A stretch of 64,000 bases of DNA, taken from contig OZ260663.1 in NCBI GenBank assembly GCA_965285935.1, positions 29,264,001 through 29,328,000 on the forward strand, written 5' to 3'. The position numbers were made by a program, and so were the translations under genes. Below, piece after piece: positions 1-13,190 of the stretch (positions within the stretch are counted from its first letter, which is position 1; every line of letters begins with the position of its first letter). Source of the stretch: Ophelia neglecta. Taxonomy: Eukaryota. The notes beneath the pieces are model-generated. The model was not told the origin of the DNA. It searched no databases and worked only from the letters and a program-made list of their open reading frames with translations.

Positions 1-76
1 CATCTATTGGAAAGAGGCATTGAACCACAAAGTATAAGACTTAAATATTAATTTGACAGCGGTTACCTTTGATCAT

Positions 77-280
77 TTAAATATTATTAGGCAAACCCTG
101 GAAGCTTATCTGCTTTTTATTTAAAAAATAGTCGAATGACTGAAAAAAGTAACTCTTCTGTTCATGTGGCCAAAAGGGAGGAGGAAGACTTAGGTAAATG
201 CCTCCGTTCATCCCTTTTCGATTATGAAAACCGGACCGAAGAGTGGCACCAATAGCTTGCAACGGTCCATTTCCATTAAG
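77..280 (-). pseudogene. Decayed cadherin repeat fragment
   Basis: GNGPLQAIG...GFHNRKGMNGGIYLSL...HEQKSYFFQSFD resembles NGxIxYxI...FxIxxxTGxIxL...ExxxxYxLxVxAxD. Confidence 0.45.
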
Positions 281-2022
281 GTAGATAGAGGGTTACGGAT
301 GAAAAGAAAATACTCAATATTCATGTGAATTTGTCCAAAAAACTATACGTATTCGTAGAAGTGTTCTCATTAAAGCCCAAATAGCTTCTTATTTGTTTTA
401 TCAATAACCTGACTATCAGTAAGTCGACCAAACGCATTTCAATGAAAATCTGTGCTGCCATTCTCATACACAAACAAACTTTTTCAAGCCAAAATTATTA
501 GAAAAATAAAATTGTTTCTATAAATGCTGATCATATTCTATCATAACAACTGACGTTACCTAGGTCAAACTGATAAAAAGCTTTCATGTTATCGTAAAGC
601 CGAACCGCTTTCCTTCAGTATTCCTCGTCTAATTCGGTATTTAGAAGAAAAGTATTATATAGATCCCGATAATCTACAGAATGTGGAATCATTCGTACAT
701 CACTGGCCAAGGCATTTCGCAGAGTCAAATCTCATTGATAACTTGGGTCATATGTAAAGATCACTTTTGTATGGTATTAGTAAATCTGCAGGCACTATGA
801 CTTATTGATATAGTGATGACCTAGTCCATAAATAAATTCATTTATAAATGTAATGCGGTAAATGTATGCCAAGACCATAAACATATAAAAAAACCCGCAG
901 GTAAACAGTAAAATTCGAAGCTATAATGGATGAATTACCTAATCTAAGTATAATGCTCCTATTTTAATTAGATTGTACCTGGTATATCGCACAGTAACAC
1001 GTAGTTGCTAGAAACGGAGTAAATTGTATAGGCGATAAAATAAGATAACAGAAAAAGGGCCACACAGTCAACACCAATTTGAAGCGTGGTACTGCGGGAA
1101 CTTGTATAAAATACACTCAGCAGTCTTGGAAAAAAAACCAAGAATTCAATTAATACCCCCGCAAACTTTAAGTTGTTACAGACTGGCTTAATTAAGCATA
1201 TAGGACTAAGACTTTAATACTGAATGAATCCGAAGATTACATAAAAATGTGTCTAACAACAGATGTCATATACGGATAAGCCCCAAGTAAGATCTTTGGT
1301 AAGAAGGAAATCCATTTCTCTCTTGCCTTGGCCAGTTAACTTAATGTCAAATGACATAACCAGCTATTTTAAAGTTATAGAAATAGGGATTGTTGTTTGT
1401 GCGCCTAAAGTGGACGTTTTATGAGAATTTCGGACCAATGGAATTGCCTAATATAACGATGTACCGTCGCTTTCTTGCATCCACTCACGTACTCTGCTGG
1501 CTATTGGCGATGTTTTCATTGCAAACTTCTAATTGTGTTAGGTAAAATGCTATAAGAGGGTTGGCTGACCAGCATTCGTTGTTTCACTCTGCCGTGTATG
1601 AAGAAAATCAAGAGACACTGTATACTCCATGTAACCTCCACGTTTTATATCATGCATTAACCGTGCTGGAATAGGAGTTCAAATAATATCAAGAGTCGCA
1701 GCTTTTCTATGATTAATGCCGCTATGTTTTACCCACAACTAAATATGCCGGTAACGTGGAACCTCTTATAGGCTAATGTATTGGGTCAAAGAAGGCTGGC
1801 TCCCAGTCGTGTATTGATGCGTTTGTAATGCATGGAATTTTCCATTCGTCCAAATCCCTTTAAATAAGGCATCTAAGTGAGTTTAAACAATTGGTACCAA
1901 TAACTTGTAAGAAAGTAATTGGGTAGAATAGAATATTTTTATACCTGCGAAATGCTCAAAATGCTGTTTAATGAAAGGAGATAGAACTCTAAATGTAAAT
2001 TAATTTGTTATAGCGATATTGA

Positions 2023-2330
2023 CTAATTAGAGTGGGTATGCACGTTTATCGTTTTTACATTTAACCGAGGATGTATATCAATCACCGTATTGACAAAACA
2101 TACCTTGCTGCCGTTGGTATTTGTACAATTTCCCTCACGGACGTATGGTATTCCACTGATGGATGTTCTAAACGGATTCGGATTCCCTTGCCATTTGAAA
2201 CTACATTTCCACAACATCCGGACCTACCAATTTACACAAATGGATGTAAAATGTCGCCTGCCTGTAATCGTGTCAACCAGAATAATTGTAGTTTCCCAGG
2301 TAGGTCTTAACATATTTGTCATGTGGCACA
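2023..2330 (-). pseudogene. Decayed cadherin repeat fragment, DNA-similar to the 26.6 kb and 39.6 kb copies
   Basis: About 100-codon frame with one internal stop, containing ILVDTITG (FxIDxxTG-like). TATTGACAAAACATA here versus TATTGACCTAACATA at 39602-39616. Colinear CTTGCC...GCCTGCC anchors shared with 26.7 kb. Confidence 0.45.
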
Positions 2331-5300
2331 CTATATGAAATCATACCAGCAAATTAGAAAAGTGTAATTCAACAAAACTGGATAGGTGAAAACCTTCTTT
2401 TAAATTTCTTCATCCATTATACAACACCTTTCACAAAATCTTGAGATAAGATACTTGACGAAATGGCCTCTGTCCAAAGTCTTTGAAATAAGGCTTATAA
2501 TTATGGTAATCATATTTTTGTGATCTTCTTATATTATAAACATGTATGTACATATCAGATGTATGTATATTTGCTATTATATAATGTGATCAAATATGGA
2601 AAAAGAAGCATTGTTCGAAAAATCAGTACATTTCTGGGCGGTCTGAGAATTCCGAAATGGGTTCGTCATTTAATTGCACCCCTATTATGCACAGAACCAT
2701 CTAGGGTGAACACGTGCACACAGTTATATGAGATGGAGATATGCTTTTACCACTCTAACTTTAATTTTGTAAGGGCGGCAGCAAACGTTAAATGGTGTTT
2801 TAATCCAAATTTTCCAAGCATTTGTGGCTTTGCCATATTCACTGCATTGAAAACGACCCTCATTTTTAGGTCATTCTGGATAATCTAATATTTGATCACA
2901 CTAAATCACAACTAGGAAACCATTATTGGCTTAATGGTTCGGGCTATCTTTGGTTCCAATTTGTAGCCGTCACTGGACATTGGATCTTTTAGATCAGATA
3001 AGATGACACAGTGAAATGAAGTCAAAACCACCACTAATTAAATACTCAAATAACGTATAAATGATCGTTGTTAATCAGTCAATGAATAATATTCCACAGG
3101 AAAAAAATTCAAAACAGGATCTTCAAGATTGATTGTATATAGTATACAATGTTTGACATTTTTCTCGTTCATGGAGAAACAATAGCTGGTTGGTTGAAAG
3201 TGCCTAAGTGCAAAAGTGATTTTGTGTAGATTATAACTGACTTCAGCGCTAGGGTTGACAAATCACGGAAGCACTGAAAACACCCCACGACTCATAGATG
3301 GAATCACACATCCCACCCCACAAGTGAAGGTTGGTAAATAAAAATGAGACGCATGGATGGAATTGCACATAATCCATGACGTCATTAAAAACAAGTTGTA
3401 GTTGTACCAGGTTGAAAGAGTGTTACAGTTTTGAAACAAACCACCGTACACATTGTACAGTTAGGACTTGAGGGTAAGTTATTGAAGACTGTCATAAAGA
3501 TGTGGATCTCCCTGTGTCCAAATTACATGCAATGTCTGGATCTCGGCTCGTAAACATCCCACGTCGGAATGATCTACATTGTGGGATCAGTATAGGATTT
3601 ATATTTAAAATACCATCACTATGCACGTATTCTTTGTTTATTCACAATGAATTATCTTTCAAATGTAGTTCTATTGCAGTTTCAATATAAATAAAAGAAG
3701 ATTCCACTTCACATTTCCATGACCATTACACCCTGCATTACCACAGACGAAAAGTACATTTATTTGCACACTGTAACAACCTTTCCCGGTTGTAAGAGGG
3801 AGTGTTCAGGTGTTGAGCAAAGAAATTAATCATTTTGATGATCGAATTCATTAGTGATGTATAATTAGTAATTGGGCGTCGCAGCACCGGCCCCATTGCT
3901 ACATGTGAGTTGTTCTAAATGATTAATCTGTCTCTAAACCATTGTCTGTCTGCTAAATGTCTAGCTAGACGTCGTTGAACTTTATCATAACACTCATGGT
4001 TACTAAGAATGTTAAATTTGAATTGTATTCTAAACAGTGCGGAAGTTTCTATAACCTACTAGGTAAAATTAATGGAAACAAAAACGTAACCAAAATAAAT
4101 ATATTTCAACTGGAAGAAAATTATTCAAATGTTTAGGTCTGTTTGGAATCCGTCCACAAAGACAATATTTCTGACTTTCTAAACGAAAAGCAAGGCATAC
4201 AAATGCTATATCTACATACAATATATCTTAAGCTGCAAAATAATACTGAATTTCTAAATGTTTTATATTCACGAGGTTCTGTATGTATTACAGAGTTGTC
4301 TGTCACATAAAACTGTTGTTTTTCATTCTTGAAACAGATAACAATTGAAATAATTATCTATTTAGCCTCCTTTAATTTATAAAGGGTAATAAAGGGCCTT
4401 ATTAATTGTGCTAGGAGGATTTTGTGAACCAAACAAGATATTCGGGAATACTAACCACATGTTTAGGCTGGATTCAGGTTTTTGATTATTTCGTATATAT
4501 GTTTAAATTCTAATATACTTTTACATTAAACCTAGCTGCGGTAAGGACATCTATTTGTTTACATTGTTTCGTTATCAAATTTACCGTGACAATATTCTGT
4601 TTAATATAGAATACTTCTTTTCAATATATGAGTGTACTTGTATAGTGTTATTGGTAAATTGTCAGATGAGGCTGTGTGTTGCCAGGTGTGTATTAAAGCA
4701 TCGATCATTCGAGGCAAATGCCTTGATTTCTTATGGGTGTTCTTAAGCATGATAGGTTTTTAATTTAATGACTAAGAATAATGTTTTGTAAGTGCTGATA
4801 ATATGGAGCTCAATGGATTGTGAACGGTATCTTCCTCATGCATTGTATTTTTAGGTACTCGTGAAACGTTGGCCTAAGGCCCTTAAACTAGTAAAAAAAA
4901 TACACTATAAATATTAACCTTTTCATTCCTTAATAATGTAATGATGTTATTCATAAGGTTGGTGACCCTAAGACCTTCGTCCGGTGATTCGTCATCCCAC
5001 CATCTGCTCGGTCTGGCACTAATGACGATAAAACGCAAAGGTCAACGACACGCGTCCGCTAAGACGACCCTTAATTTAGAACTAGAAGCAAGTCACAGAC
5101 AAAGACTATTTAAAACTTATTACTTGATCCAGTCCTTGTGAATAAGTTAAAAAAACATATTCTTAGCAGACGTTCATTAAGTTACACGTTATGGACAATA
5201 TGTGTATGGTTTTGTTTTAAAGCCTCTCTAGCTATTTGCTGTTTGTTAAGACTCCCTTAAACCAAAGGAAAGGCGCTTAGAAAGTAAGAGTCCACATGAA

Positions 5301-5520
5301 TGCACCCTGTCGACAATGACAAGAATGTTGCATATGGAAACCTGTGTTTTATCAGCATTAATATGCTGCAGCATATTCTCTTGCTCCCGACCCCCCCCCC
5401 CCCCCCACCTTATATTGTTGCCGAGTATATGGTTATTTAAATTAACATTATATCAATCTTGACCCGGATAATAATTACCAAAGTATCAGTTGAATGTAAC
5501 TTATACAAACAGAAACTGAG

Positions 5521-5724
5521 TTATTTCTTCCAGCACTTATGTTTACCCCATACAGGTATTGCAAACAAAATCTTGCTAGGTAGACTCTCTTGATCATGCA
5601 ACCAAAACGTGTGTCTATAAGTTTCATCTCGGAAATTTGGAACATTTTCAGAAATATATACCAGAGGAATGATCAGAATGACCGGTTTGGTAAAGTTATC
5701 AAAACAGTAGTTTACCCATGCCAC
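5521..5724 (-). pseudogene. Decayed cadherin repeat fragment
   Basis: FDNFTKPVILIIPLVYISENVP...TFWLHDQES resembles NDNxPxF...ISENxP...VxAxDxE. Confidence 0.5.
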
Positions 5725-6159
5725 ATATTACCATTGTAATTTTGGTTGTGATACACTATTTTAAGTTTGTTATTTTTTTCTGTAGAAACCCTCCTTTGAA
5801 CATATTGTATATAATTACTAGGTGGTACTTGATATAGTTATTCTATTAATTATCATGGTTATTTTACATTTAATTTTACATGTAATAATACTAAACAAAC
5901 TTCATTATATTCCCATGCTTAAATGTCCTTTTAGTTATGATAATCAATATAAACTTACTCAAAATGGCTCGAAATATGTTGTCACATATAACGATTTTCT
6001 TTCTTTCGATGCTTTTCCGTAATGAAAATTAGATTAAAATCGAAGCGGCTATCGATGTTCCCTGAGTATATGGCCGTGGTGCTCTAAAAATCTTTGCCAT
6101 TTAAATCTATTTCAAATTGAATTTAAATATATTTTACAAGTTTTTGCAATTTTCTTTGC

Positions 6160-6560
6160 TTAACGTGACCAGTGAAAAGAGGAACACCGGTTATCTGTTT
6201 CCAATTGTTAATCTTCATTGGAACATATGGCTGAGCAGTTCACATTGATGAGACGTGAAAATGGAATTTAATATATCGAAGTCTCTTGATTGCTTTTGCA
6301 CGACAGTGGAGTTCATCAGTCTTATTCACCTTCTTCAGGGCCGATAAAGAGATTGATAAAGAGAGGAAGATTCGAAAGATAGCCCCCGATTTCCACATTG
6401 AAAGGTTGTAGCATGTCAAAGGGATGAATATTCACTAGGCGACGTTGTTGCATTTAATCTTGTACGGGATTATCGGCAATTTTTATTGACAGTTGCTCTT
6501 TTTTGGTAATTCCGGTTTATCCTCGTTGATGAAATTTGCAACAGCAAGAGCCGTAATTAT
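6160..6560 (-). pseudogene. Decayed cadherin repeat fragment
   Basis: FIPLTCYNLSMWKSGAI resembles FxxxxYxxSVxExxxIG. Gapped DNA similarity to 28050-28180. Confidence 0.4.
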
Positions 6561-7959
6561 AAGCGATAGCTGTCAACTACGAGTGGAATTAGGTCTATAA
6601 CCTATAAGTTAGCTTTCATAAAACTTTCAAGTGTGCTTCACTATTATCGAGCACTTACTTGAAGGGCATTATCGACATTAGAAAGGTTGCGTTTTGGTAT
6701 TAGAAATCTAATTAAATTTGCACGAAAGGACGTAGTAACTTTCTCGTCATTAATTTTTCCCACATTCATTCTGATTTTTGGGCTAAGGTAAGGTCCATTT
6801 TATGAACATAGATTATTTACCTTAATGCTATTTATGCTAGTGAATTATAAGAACAAATAATTCATAAATATTCTCGGGAAGTATAACAAGTATTAATGAC
6901 ACAATGAATGAAATGATTGCGATAACATGCTCACTCATCTTAAATGGTTTATATATTTCCAACTTGTTGACCATTTCCTTCGTGAGGATTTTTGGCCGAA
7001 TTCTTTTCTTACATTTGATATTTGCCATGTGCATCATCACAGAATCAAGGGTATTATATCATATGAAGTTTTTTAATGTTGTCATTAGCTTGTAGACTAA
7101 TTGTTACGGTCATTGGGAGCAATTTCCTCTGAAACAACTCATTATCATTCTGTCATAAAGCAAGCAAAGGATTGAATAAAACCAAAGAAACAAAACAATG
7201 TGATATCACAACTCCATATATGTTTAATAATCAACACTTGCGCCATCTGCTGCATGAGAAGATCTATAGCAGCGATAGTGCTTCCCATTGCAAATATATT
7301 TTTTAATATTTCTTTATAATTATACATTAATGTCGGTTGACGATTAATTACATAACAAGGAAATAGTCCATGTTTATTCCTTTTTAAGATAATCCGACTG
7401 AAATTAACAAATTATTCAAATATGTATTAAGTGTGCTTTACATTCATGAATGGCACAAGGTCATTGTTAAATTGGACACAAATAAAGGATAACAATACGC
7501 TAGGTAGACGACTTCAGGAATCAGCTAAATAACGTCTCTATAAGAAAGAGCTCTCTGTTGTGTGCTCGACAAACATTCACAGCCATACAAAAGCTCTCAT
7601 AAACTAAGGTTGGTCATGGTATAAAATTATCCATATCGGTGATTAATGCATCTTCATGTTGACATATTATAATGTTGACACATTGTGGTGATCATTTGAC
7701 CTTAACACCCAACAGGGACGAAGATGGCGCCTCTCCTTGCTCAGTAAATCAACTTTAATTTGCTGATTTATATTCAGCTCACACCAATTCAATGTACAAG
7801 TCTCCTGAGAGTTAGTTCTGTAATATTTTAGTCTAATCTAACTTATTTTAATGGTCCTGGTTTAATTCATAAATAAACCAACTTTAGGAATAATACCAGT
7901 TTAGATTAAGCATTTAAATTAATTATCCGTTCAACCACCAAGATACATTCGTATTGCCA

Positions 7960-7994
7960 TTTATTATGTCCTGTGTTTAGCTCATCATTTTATT
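7960..7994 (-). promoter_or_regulatory. Candidate polyadenylation signals of the GT92 gene
   Basis: AATAAA on the minus strand at 7994-7989 and 7965-7960, about 460-490 nt past the stop. The motif is common in AT-rich DNA. Confidence 0.3.
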
Positions 7995-8448
7995 CTAGCG
8001 TAGAAATGAAATGAATCTTGCTGTATTATACAATTCCGCTGTTAATCCAACTTAAGGGTCTCACTACCTGTGTTGGCAAGGTTCATAGCACATTCGAGCT
8101 GGAAGAAAATGTTTTTGGTAGCCCAGTTATTATTTAAGATGTACATTAGAAACAAAAGTTATGCATAACTAAATAGCCAAAGTATTCGATCTAGGAAAGA
8201 AGCAGTTTAACCAAAAAGTCCGTGAATTATGAGCCCATAGTCTCTAGAATTCAACTAACATGATGGCCTCTTCTTTTGGCTTCGGGATAAAACCAGTTGC
8301 ATGGGGCTTATACCCAAAGACCATATAATTCCAAATGGCCCAGGACACATTTTCTTCTCTGCTTTGATTCAGGTCCTATCCCTCCATGCCATAAGAATAA
8401 CTTAAATAGTTCTTTTCTAACATTGCAAGAGATTATCCCCAAAATATG

Positions 8449-9796
8449 TTAGTTGTTCGAGTTAACTAGTCCTGCTCTTTTAGTAAATGCGGTTAGTAAT
8501 CTATCTTTGAATCTTGTCATGTATAAATCTTCTACGAAGGTATAACCTTCTGGATTTTTTGTCAAGAATTGCATAGGTTGCTCCCTGTAATGGTGTAACA
8601 TTCCCTCCTTTGGATCCACCATGTACTCTTCGGTTCCTTTTGTTAGCTTATAGGCGAAGTGGATGTCAACTTTTATCGCTCTGTCGGCTTTGTACATAGA
8701 TTTACATCGTATTTTGCCTAGTGGGTATACATCTTTTGTCCTCCAGAGAGATTGTTGGGTAACTAGATAAGGTTCTTCCCCGCTTGTATTTCGTCGGAAA
8801 TATACATGTTGAAACATGAATATTCCACGAGCTGGTCTGTCTATCTCCTTTAACAGTGCAGGCCAAGTTTCCGCCATTCTGGGAACCACTATCTCATCCA
8901 GGTCAGATATGGTGACATATTTGTGGTAGTGGCCCATGCGGTACAGACAATCATTGAGGGCTCCTCTCTGTAACCAGTAGGAGATCCTCGCAGGTAGAAG
9001 TGGCCATTGAATTACACTGACACTAATGTCTTGTTCATCAAGGTAGCTTTTTAACAACTTGCCGGTAGTTTTACTGACCGACAAATTATACGTTGCTATT
9101 GCACTTACTCCCAACAGTCTATGGATTTCCACAACGTTGATCAGCATCCTCCAATCACGGTACTTACGCCACAACGGCGAAATACACAGAGCGTGAGTGT
9201 CCGACTTTTTCACTTTATTTCTGTTCAGTACCATCAGATGATTTACAGGCGTAGCGCATGCTTTTTTGGTTATTGACACAGCATATGGTAAATCTGTAGA
9301 GTTTGGGAGCAATGGACATTTTATAAAATGCGAGACCCACATGTCTGGATGCAAAGTGCTAGGGTAAATGCGTTCATATATGGCAGGACCTGTGGACAAA
9401 CCCACTCCGATTCTCTCATACCACAAAGTGCAATATATGTCACCGATATTATTGTAGGCCGCTTGAAGGCCGGCACCGATCACTCTTATGATAGGTCCAT
9501 CTGCTTCAGGCCTGCCATCGAAGAACGCCGAGAAAACCTTCACCGGCATTTCTGATACATTCTGCCACTTCTGTGGTTCTTCCGTAAACCGGGGATTGTC
9601 CTGCTTCTCACAAACCATATCTCTGTTTAGCTGGATAAATGTGTAGAGATTGTCTTCGTGAATTTGAGTTTGATGTTGTTGAATGTTCAACTGTCGCCAA
9701 GAAAAAGTGTACGCGAGAGGAAGCAGCACACATATGCCTAGAATTACAACTAGGTTCCGCTTTTTACTTATCTGTTCCCGTCGTACACTGCATAAT
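8449..9796 (-). CDS. Glycosyltransferase family 92 (DUF23 / GALT-1-like beta-1,4-galactosyltransferase), main and terminal coding exon of a type II membrane protein
   Basis: Uninterrupted ~450-codon frame ending in TAA at 8449-8451. Basic patch plus hydrophobic anchor (KKRNLVVILGICVLLPLAYTF). GT92-type motifs in order: FSAFFDGR, ALCISPL, VEIHRLLGV, ALNDCLYR, DxD motif ISDLDEIVVPR (DLDE at 8893-8904), VDIH, LHHYR. The ORF-track start at 9816 is TTG directly after an in-frame TGA. A strong acceptor (TTTCCTTTCCAG|A, AG at 9798-9797) puts the exon start at 9796 in phase 2. Confidence 0.9.
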
Positions 9797-10825
9797 CTGG
9801 AAAGGAAACGAGCCAATCAATGGATTCATCACATTTCTGCTGATTAAAAAAACAATGGTATTAACTTTTCCTGATATATAACGTAAGAATGGTCTGATGC
9901 TAAATCGAAGCCAAAATTGCATCGCTGCACATGCATTGATAACAGCCTCCAGTACACCGTTACAATTAGACGGGAAAATTATATGTAGGCCTTAATTTTT
10001 TGAAAGGTTAATTATTACCTGTTCCCATAGAGGAGTTAAATCCAATGACATACAGTAGTCTGCACTCGTTTACTTGTGTACATTCGATCAAATCAAGCCA
10101 GTAATCATATCATTGCCTCGCTTTATGAAACATAAGATAGTTTTGGAGGAGATATTTGAGGACTTTGAGGAGGTTTCAATTCGATGATTATCTGCGTGTC
10201 GTTTACTTTTAAACAGTGCAAAACAAATCTCTGATATTTAATTCTATGTATAACGCAGTAATAAGCCTACTTAGGGTTACAAGGTAGGCATTGTCATCAA
10301 TACGGAAATGGTTAAGGGAAATGTGTTTGTCATGAATGGCTTAAGTCACTAAACAACCAGACAAAGCATATACACTCATGATAATATGCCTATAGATCAT
10401 GTGTATTAACTTAGTTGTCAACGTTTAACCCTTTATATTAAGGTTGAATAATAGTCAGTTTTTTTATTTCATGGTTTTTAACAGTGTACTTGATTAATGC
10501 TATGTTTCATAGCAAACATTGCCCTTGACATGCAATTATATCGATGGGTACTAGCACATTAACTAAACGGATCTTTATTTGTGATAGAAAACTCAGAGGA
10601 GTAACTGGCATAATCAGTTTCACATCAACATGTGGACCTTGTCTAATGCGAATATGAAATTAATCAAACAACCCCAAAAAGTTTAAATATAAGAAATGTT
10701 ATGCTGTATAAGATATATAAACAGAAATCAGTGAAACAACTCAATAATCTCCTTAACCCTCTAAAGTTGCGTTAGTTTACATAATTTACGAGAAAATGGC
10801 TATTATTCGTGTCTGTATTTCCTAC

Positions 10826-10848
10826 CTGACACAATGTAGTAAGTTCAT
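10826..10848 (-). CDS. Candidate first coding exon of the GT92 gene (MNLLHCVR...)
   Basis: Minus strand reads acaagt-ATG AAC TTA CTA CAT TGT GTC AG|GTAGGA. A at -3, good donor, and the phase 2 required to join the 9796 acceptor in frame, giving MNLLHCVRLCSVRREQISKKRN plus the TM anchor. Implied intron 9797-10825. No transcript evidence. Confidence 0.45.
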
Positions 10849-10904
10849 ACTTGTTGGTCCGTATCTGTTATATGTGTCCACAATTAACTTCCCCAGCGTA
10901 CGTA

Positions 10905-11102
10905 TCACGTCAATATGTGTCCACTTACAATAGTCGCGTCTAACTTAACCAAACATATAGATGGCAAAACAACCCATTTGTAGGGAACGTTTACACCTGT
11001 GTACACCAGTTCGTTGTTAGTCAAGCGTGAAGCAAACTGTGTCAAGCGCCTGGTCCGCGACCATCGTGGGATAAATAACCCAACATCAGTTATAATATCC
11101 AC
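10905..11102 (-). pseudogene. Decayed cadherin repeat fragment just upstream of the candidate GT92 first exon
   Basis: DIITDVGLFIPRWS resembles IxVTDVNDNxPxFS. NVP...VKLDAT resembles ENxP...VxLxATD. Confidence 0.45.
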
Positions 11103-11495
11103 TCAGAAGGATAATTTGAAATTATATTTCATTCATCCCATTAAAATTGCCATTTAGTATGTTCTGATTTGTGCGGCAACTACGAATAAGAAGAGCACAC
11201 TCCCAGAATAAGTCATCGAAAAATAAAGAAAAGGATAAAATATTTAGCAATCCATTTAAATAAAGGATCGTCTGCACATTTGTCAACATGCTAGCGTGAC
11301 AATGTGGACATTAGCAAGTCAGTGTGTACTTATGAAGAACATGACGCAGAAAGCGTCCTCAGCATAAAAAACCTACATTAACAACATTATATTATAATTA
11401 TACCGACACCAACGACATATATTAATAATGGGGGGATGAAGGTGACATACAAACATCATCAATTGGAAGTCACTGAACAACGAGGAAACAGCATA

Positions 11496-11632
11496 CTGTA
11501 AAACCTACGAGGTTTGAGCCAAAGATACGGGACCCCAGGTATAGGTATGTAAAATTGTGCTTTATGGACAAGGTTTAGAGTAGGGGTTAGGATTATATTT
11601 TTCTCCTGTGTATCTGGTATCAGGTTTTACAG
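11496..11632. mobile_element. MITE, Tc1/mariner-pogo type (TA TSD)
   Basis: Perfect terminal inverted repeats CTGTAAAACCT / AGGTTTTACAG, flanked by TA at 11494-11495 and 11633-11634. 137 bp, non-coding. Confidence 0.7.
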
Positions 11633-12799
11633 TACGCTATTGAAAACATTTTGTTGACCTTTTGCCAAACCTTTAAGTGCTGTTTTCTTTCATGCCACGT
11701 TACATTCAAAGAGGAAAAACAGTCTAATACGTTTTCATCAAGTAACACATGCTACTTTCGACTTGTTACGCACGTTAAGCACGTGTCTTACACCCCATTA
11801 TTTTTGAGGTCCATGGGGTCGTTTGACCATTATATTATTCCACAAAAAATAGTATTTTAAAAAACATTTAGCTATAGTTGCCCTACAGGATGGATGTATG
11901 GAATGATACTTTTAACAATGCATTGATCCTAGCGAATTCTTTATCTGCGGTTTATCTTAATAATTAATACATACTTAATTCCACCTATAAACGAATATAT
12001 ATATTATATTTCAATAGTTACTTCCAGTGATGTTTGTATAAATGGAGAACGATTGGAGATGGTATATTTTACCATATTCGGTATTTCTCGACTCATATTT
12101 TGTTTAACACATGTGATGGGGAAGCTTATAAACTTAGATGACTTGGCAAATTACCACCCAAAGGGCATACAAGTAGGCGACACATATTATGTTCAAAGAC
12201 TAGGGAAATTATAAATGCCTCTAGTTAAGTATTGCGCAGGGTAGCCGTGGGTGATGTAACAACTCTTTGCTGACCTTTTAGGGCATACAAACAAGCCCAA
12301 AAACAAGCGGTTCCTAGCCAGGAGGCCTAAAACAAATCTTCAATAAAAGGGATACTTCTGGATGATTTCCTAATTTATGGGCCAGTTCCTACTTCATCGG
12401 CCAAATCAAGTGCCACAAACCACACTTGAAATATACGTCACAATCACTTAACAAGGTACAAGATGCCGGCTATAATGATGAACCGGAAATGGGACGGGTA
12501 ATTGATCCTTGTGGTGACTGCTTAACAGCCTTTTTTAAAAAAAATAATAATCGCATTAAGAAAAAAAGTTCAAGTGTAACATCTAATGATGACAAGGGCC
12601 TCGTATTAATCATACTTACTCCACCTGGCAAAACTATACTTAAGCACGAGTAATGGATCATGGTCAAATTATATCTGATCTGTTAGGGCTCATATACTTA
12701 GGACATTCCTACCTTACCGAACACAAAGAAGGTTTTAAGGACTAAGTTATGGAATAAGCTCCTCATAGTACAATAAGTGTACATATTTCACAATCTCAG

Positions 12800-13190
12800 T
12801 AAGGTTTGCGCCATGCGCTCATGCACTTTGATAATTTGCCGAAAACCACTCGCCTATCCGCTTGCAGTGTTATCATTCACAGCAGTTGCGCATCCCGGCC
12901 AATCTCCACAGTATGCTGTCCGCGCGGCGCGGCGCTGCGCTGCGAAGAAACAATAGAGTACCCTTGCCCTGACCCACTGCTCACCCCAATCCCAGTGAGA
13001 GTGAGTATCAGAGCAATTTTTGTGCCATAGGTAAAAGCGCAGCGCCAAAACGCCGAATCCAAATACCCACTTATATGGTAAGTGGTCGCACTGTCGTAGC
13101 AGCACATTGTTAACGTCTTCAAAATGATTTAATGCCGGTGCTTTTTTAATTAGCTGGAGCCATGAAAACCCTGATTGTGGAATATTTCAC
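12800..13190 (-). pseudogene. Decayed cadherin repeat fragment (CpG-rich)
   Basis: FEDVNN (EDVND-like) in one frame, then GTKIALILTLTG...GQGYSIVSS (GTxI...DxDxGxNGxVxYSIVS-like) in the adjacent frame. Confidence 0.5.

Noticed and set aside
9797-9816. TTG start of the 455-aa ORF
   Set aside because: Prokaryotic-style call. It overlaps the polypyrimidine tract and AG of a splice acceptor.
10015-10031. 17-bp inverted match to 53490-53506
   Set aside because: Similarity does not extend; one 17-mer match is plausible by chance in 64 kb.
10960-13110. Shared NNxL...PYKWV in ORFs 10905-11102 and 12854-13105 as decayed GT92 paralogues (NDCLxR..KYV)
   Set aside because: No DxDE follows, a shared 5-mer among this many short ORFs is expected by chance, and the flanking motifs fit cadherin repeats better.
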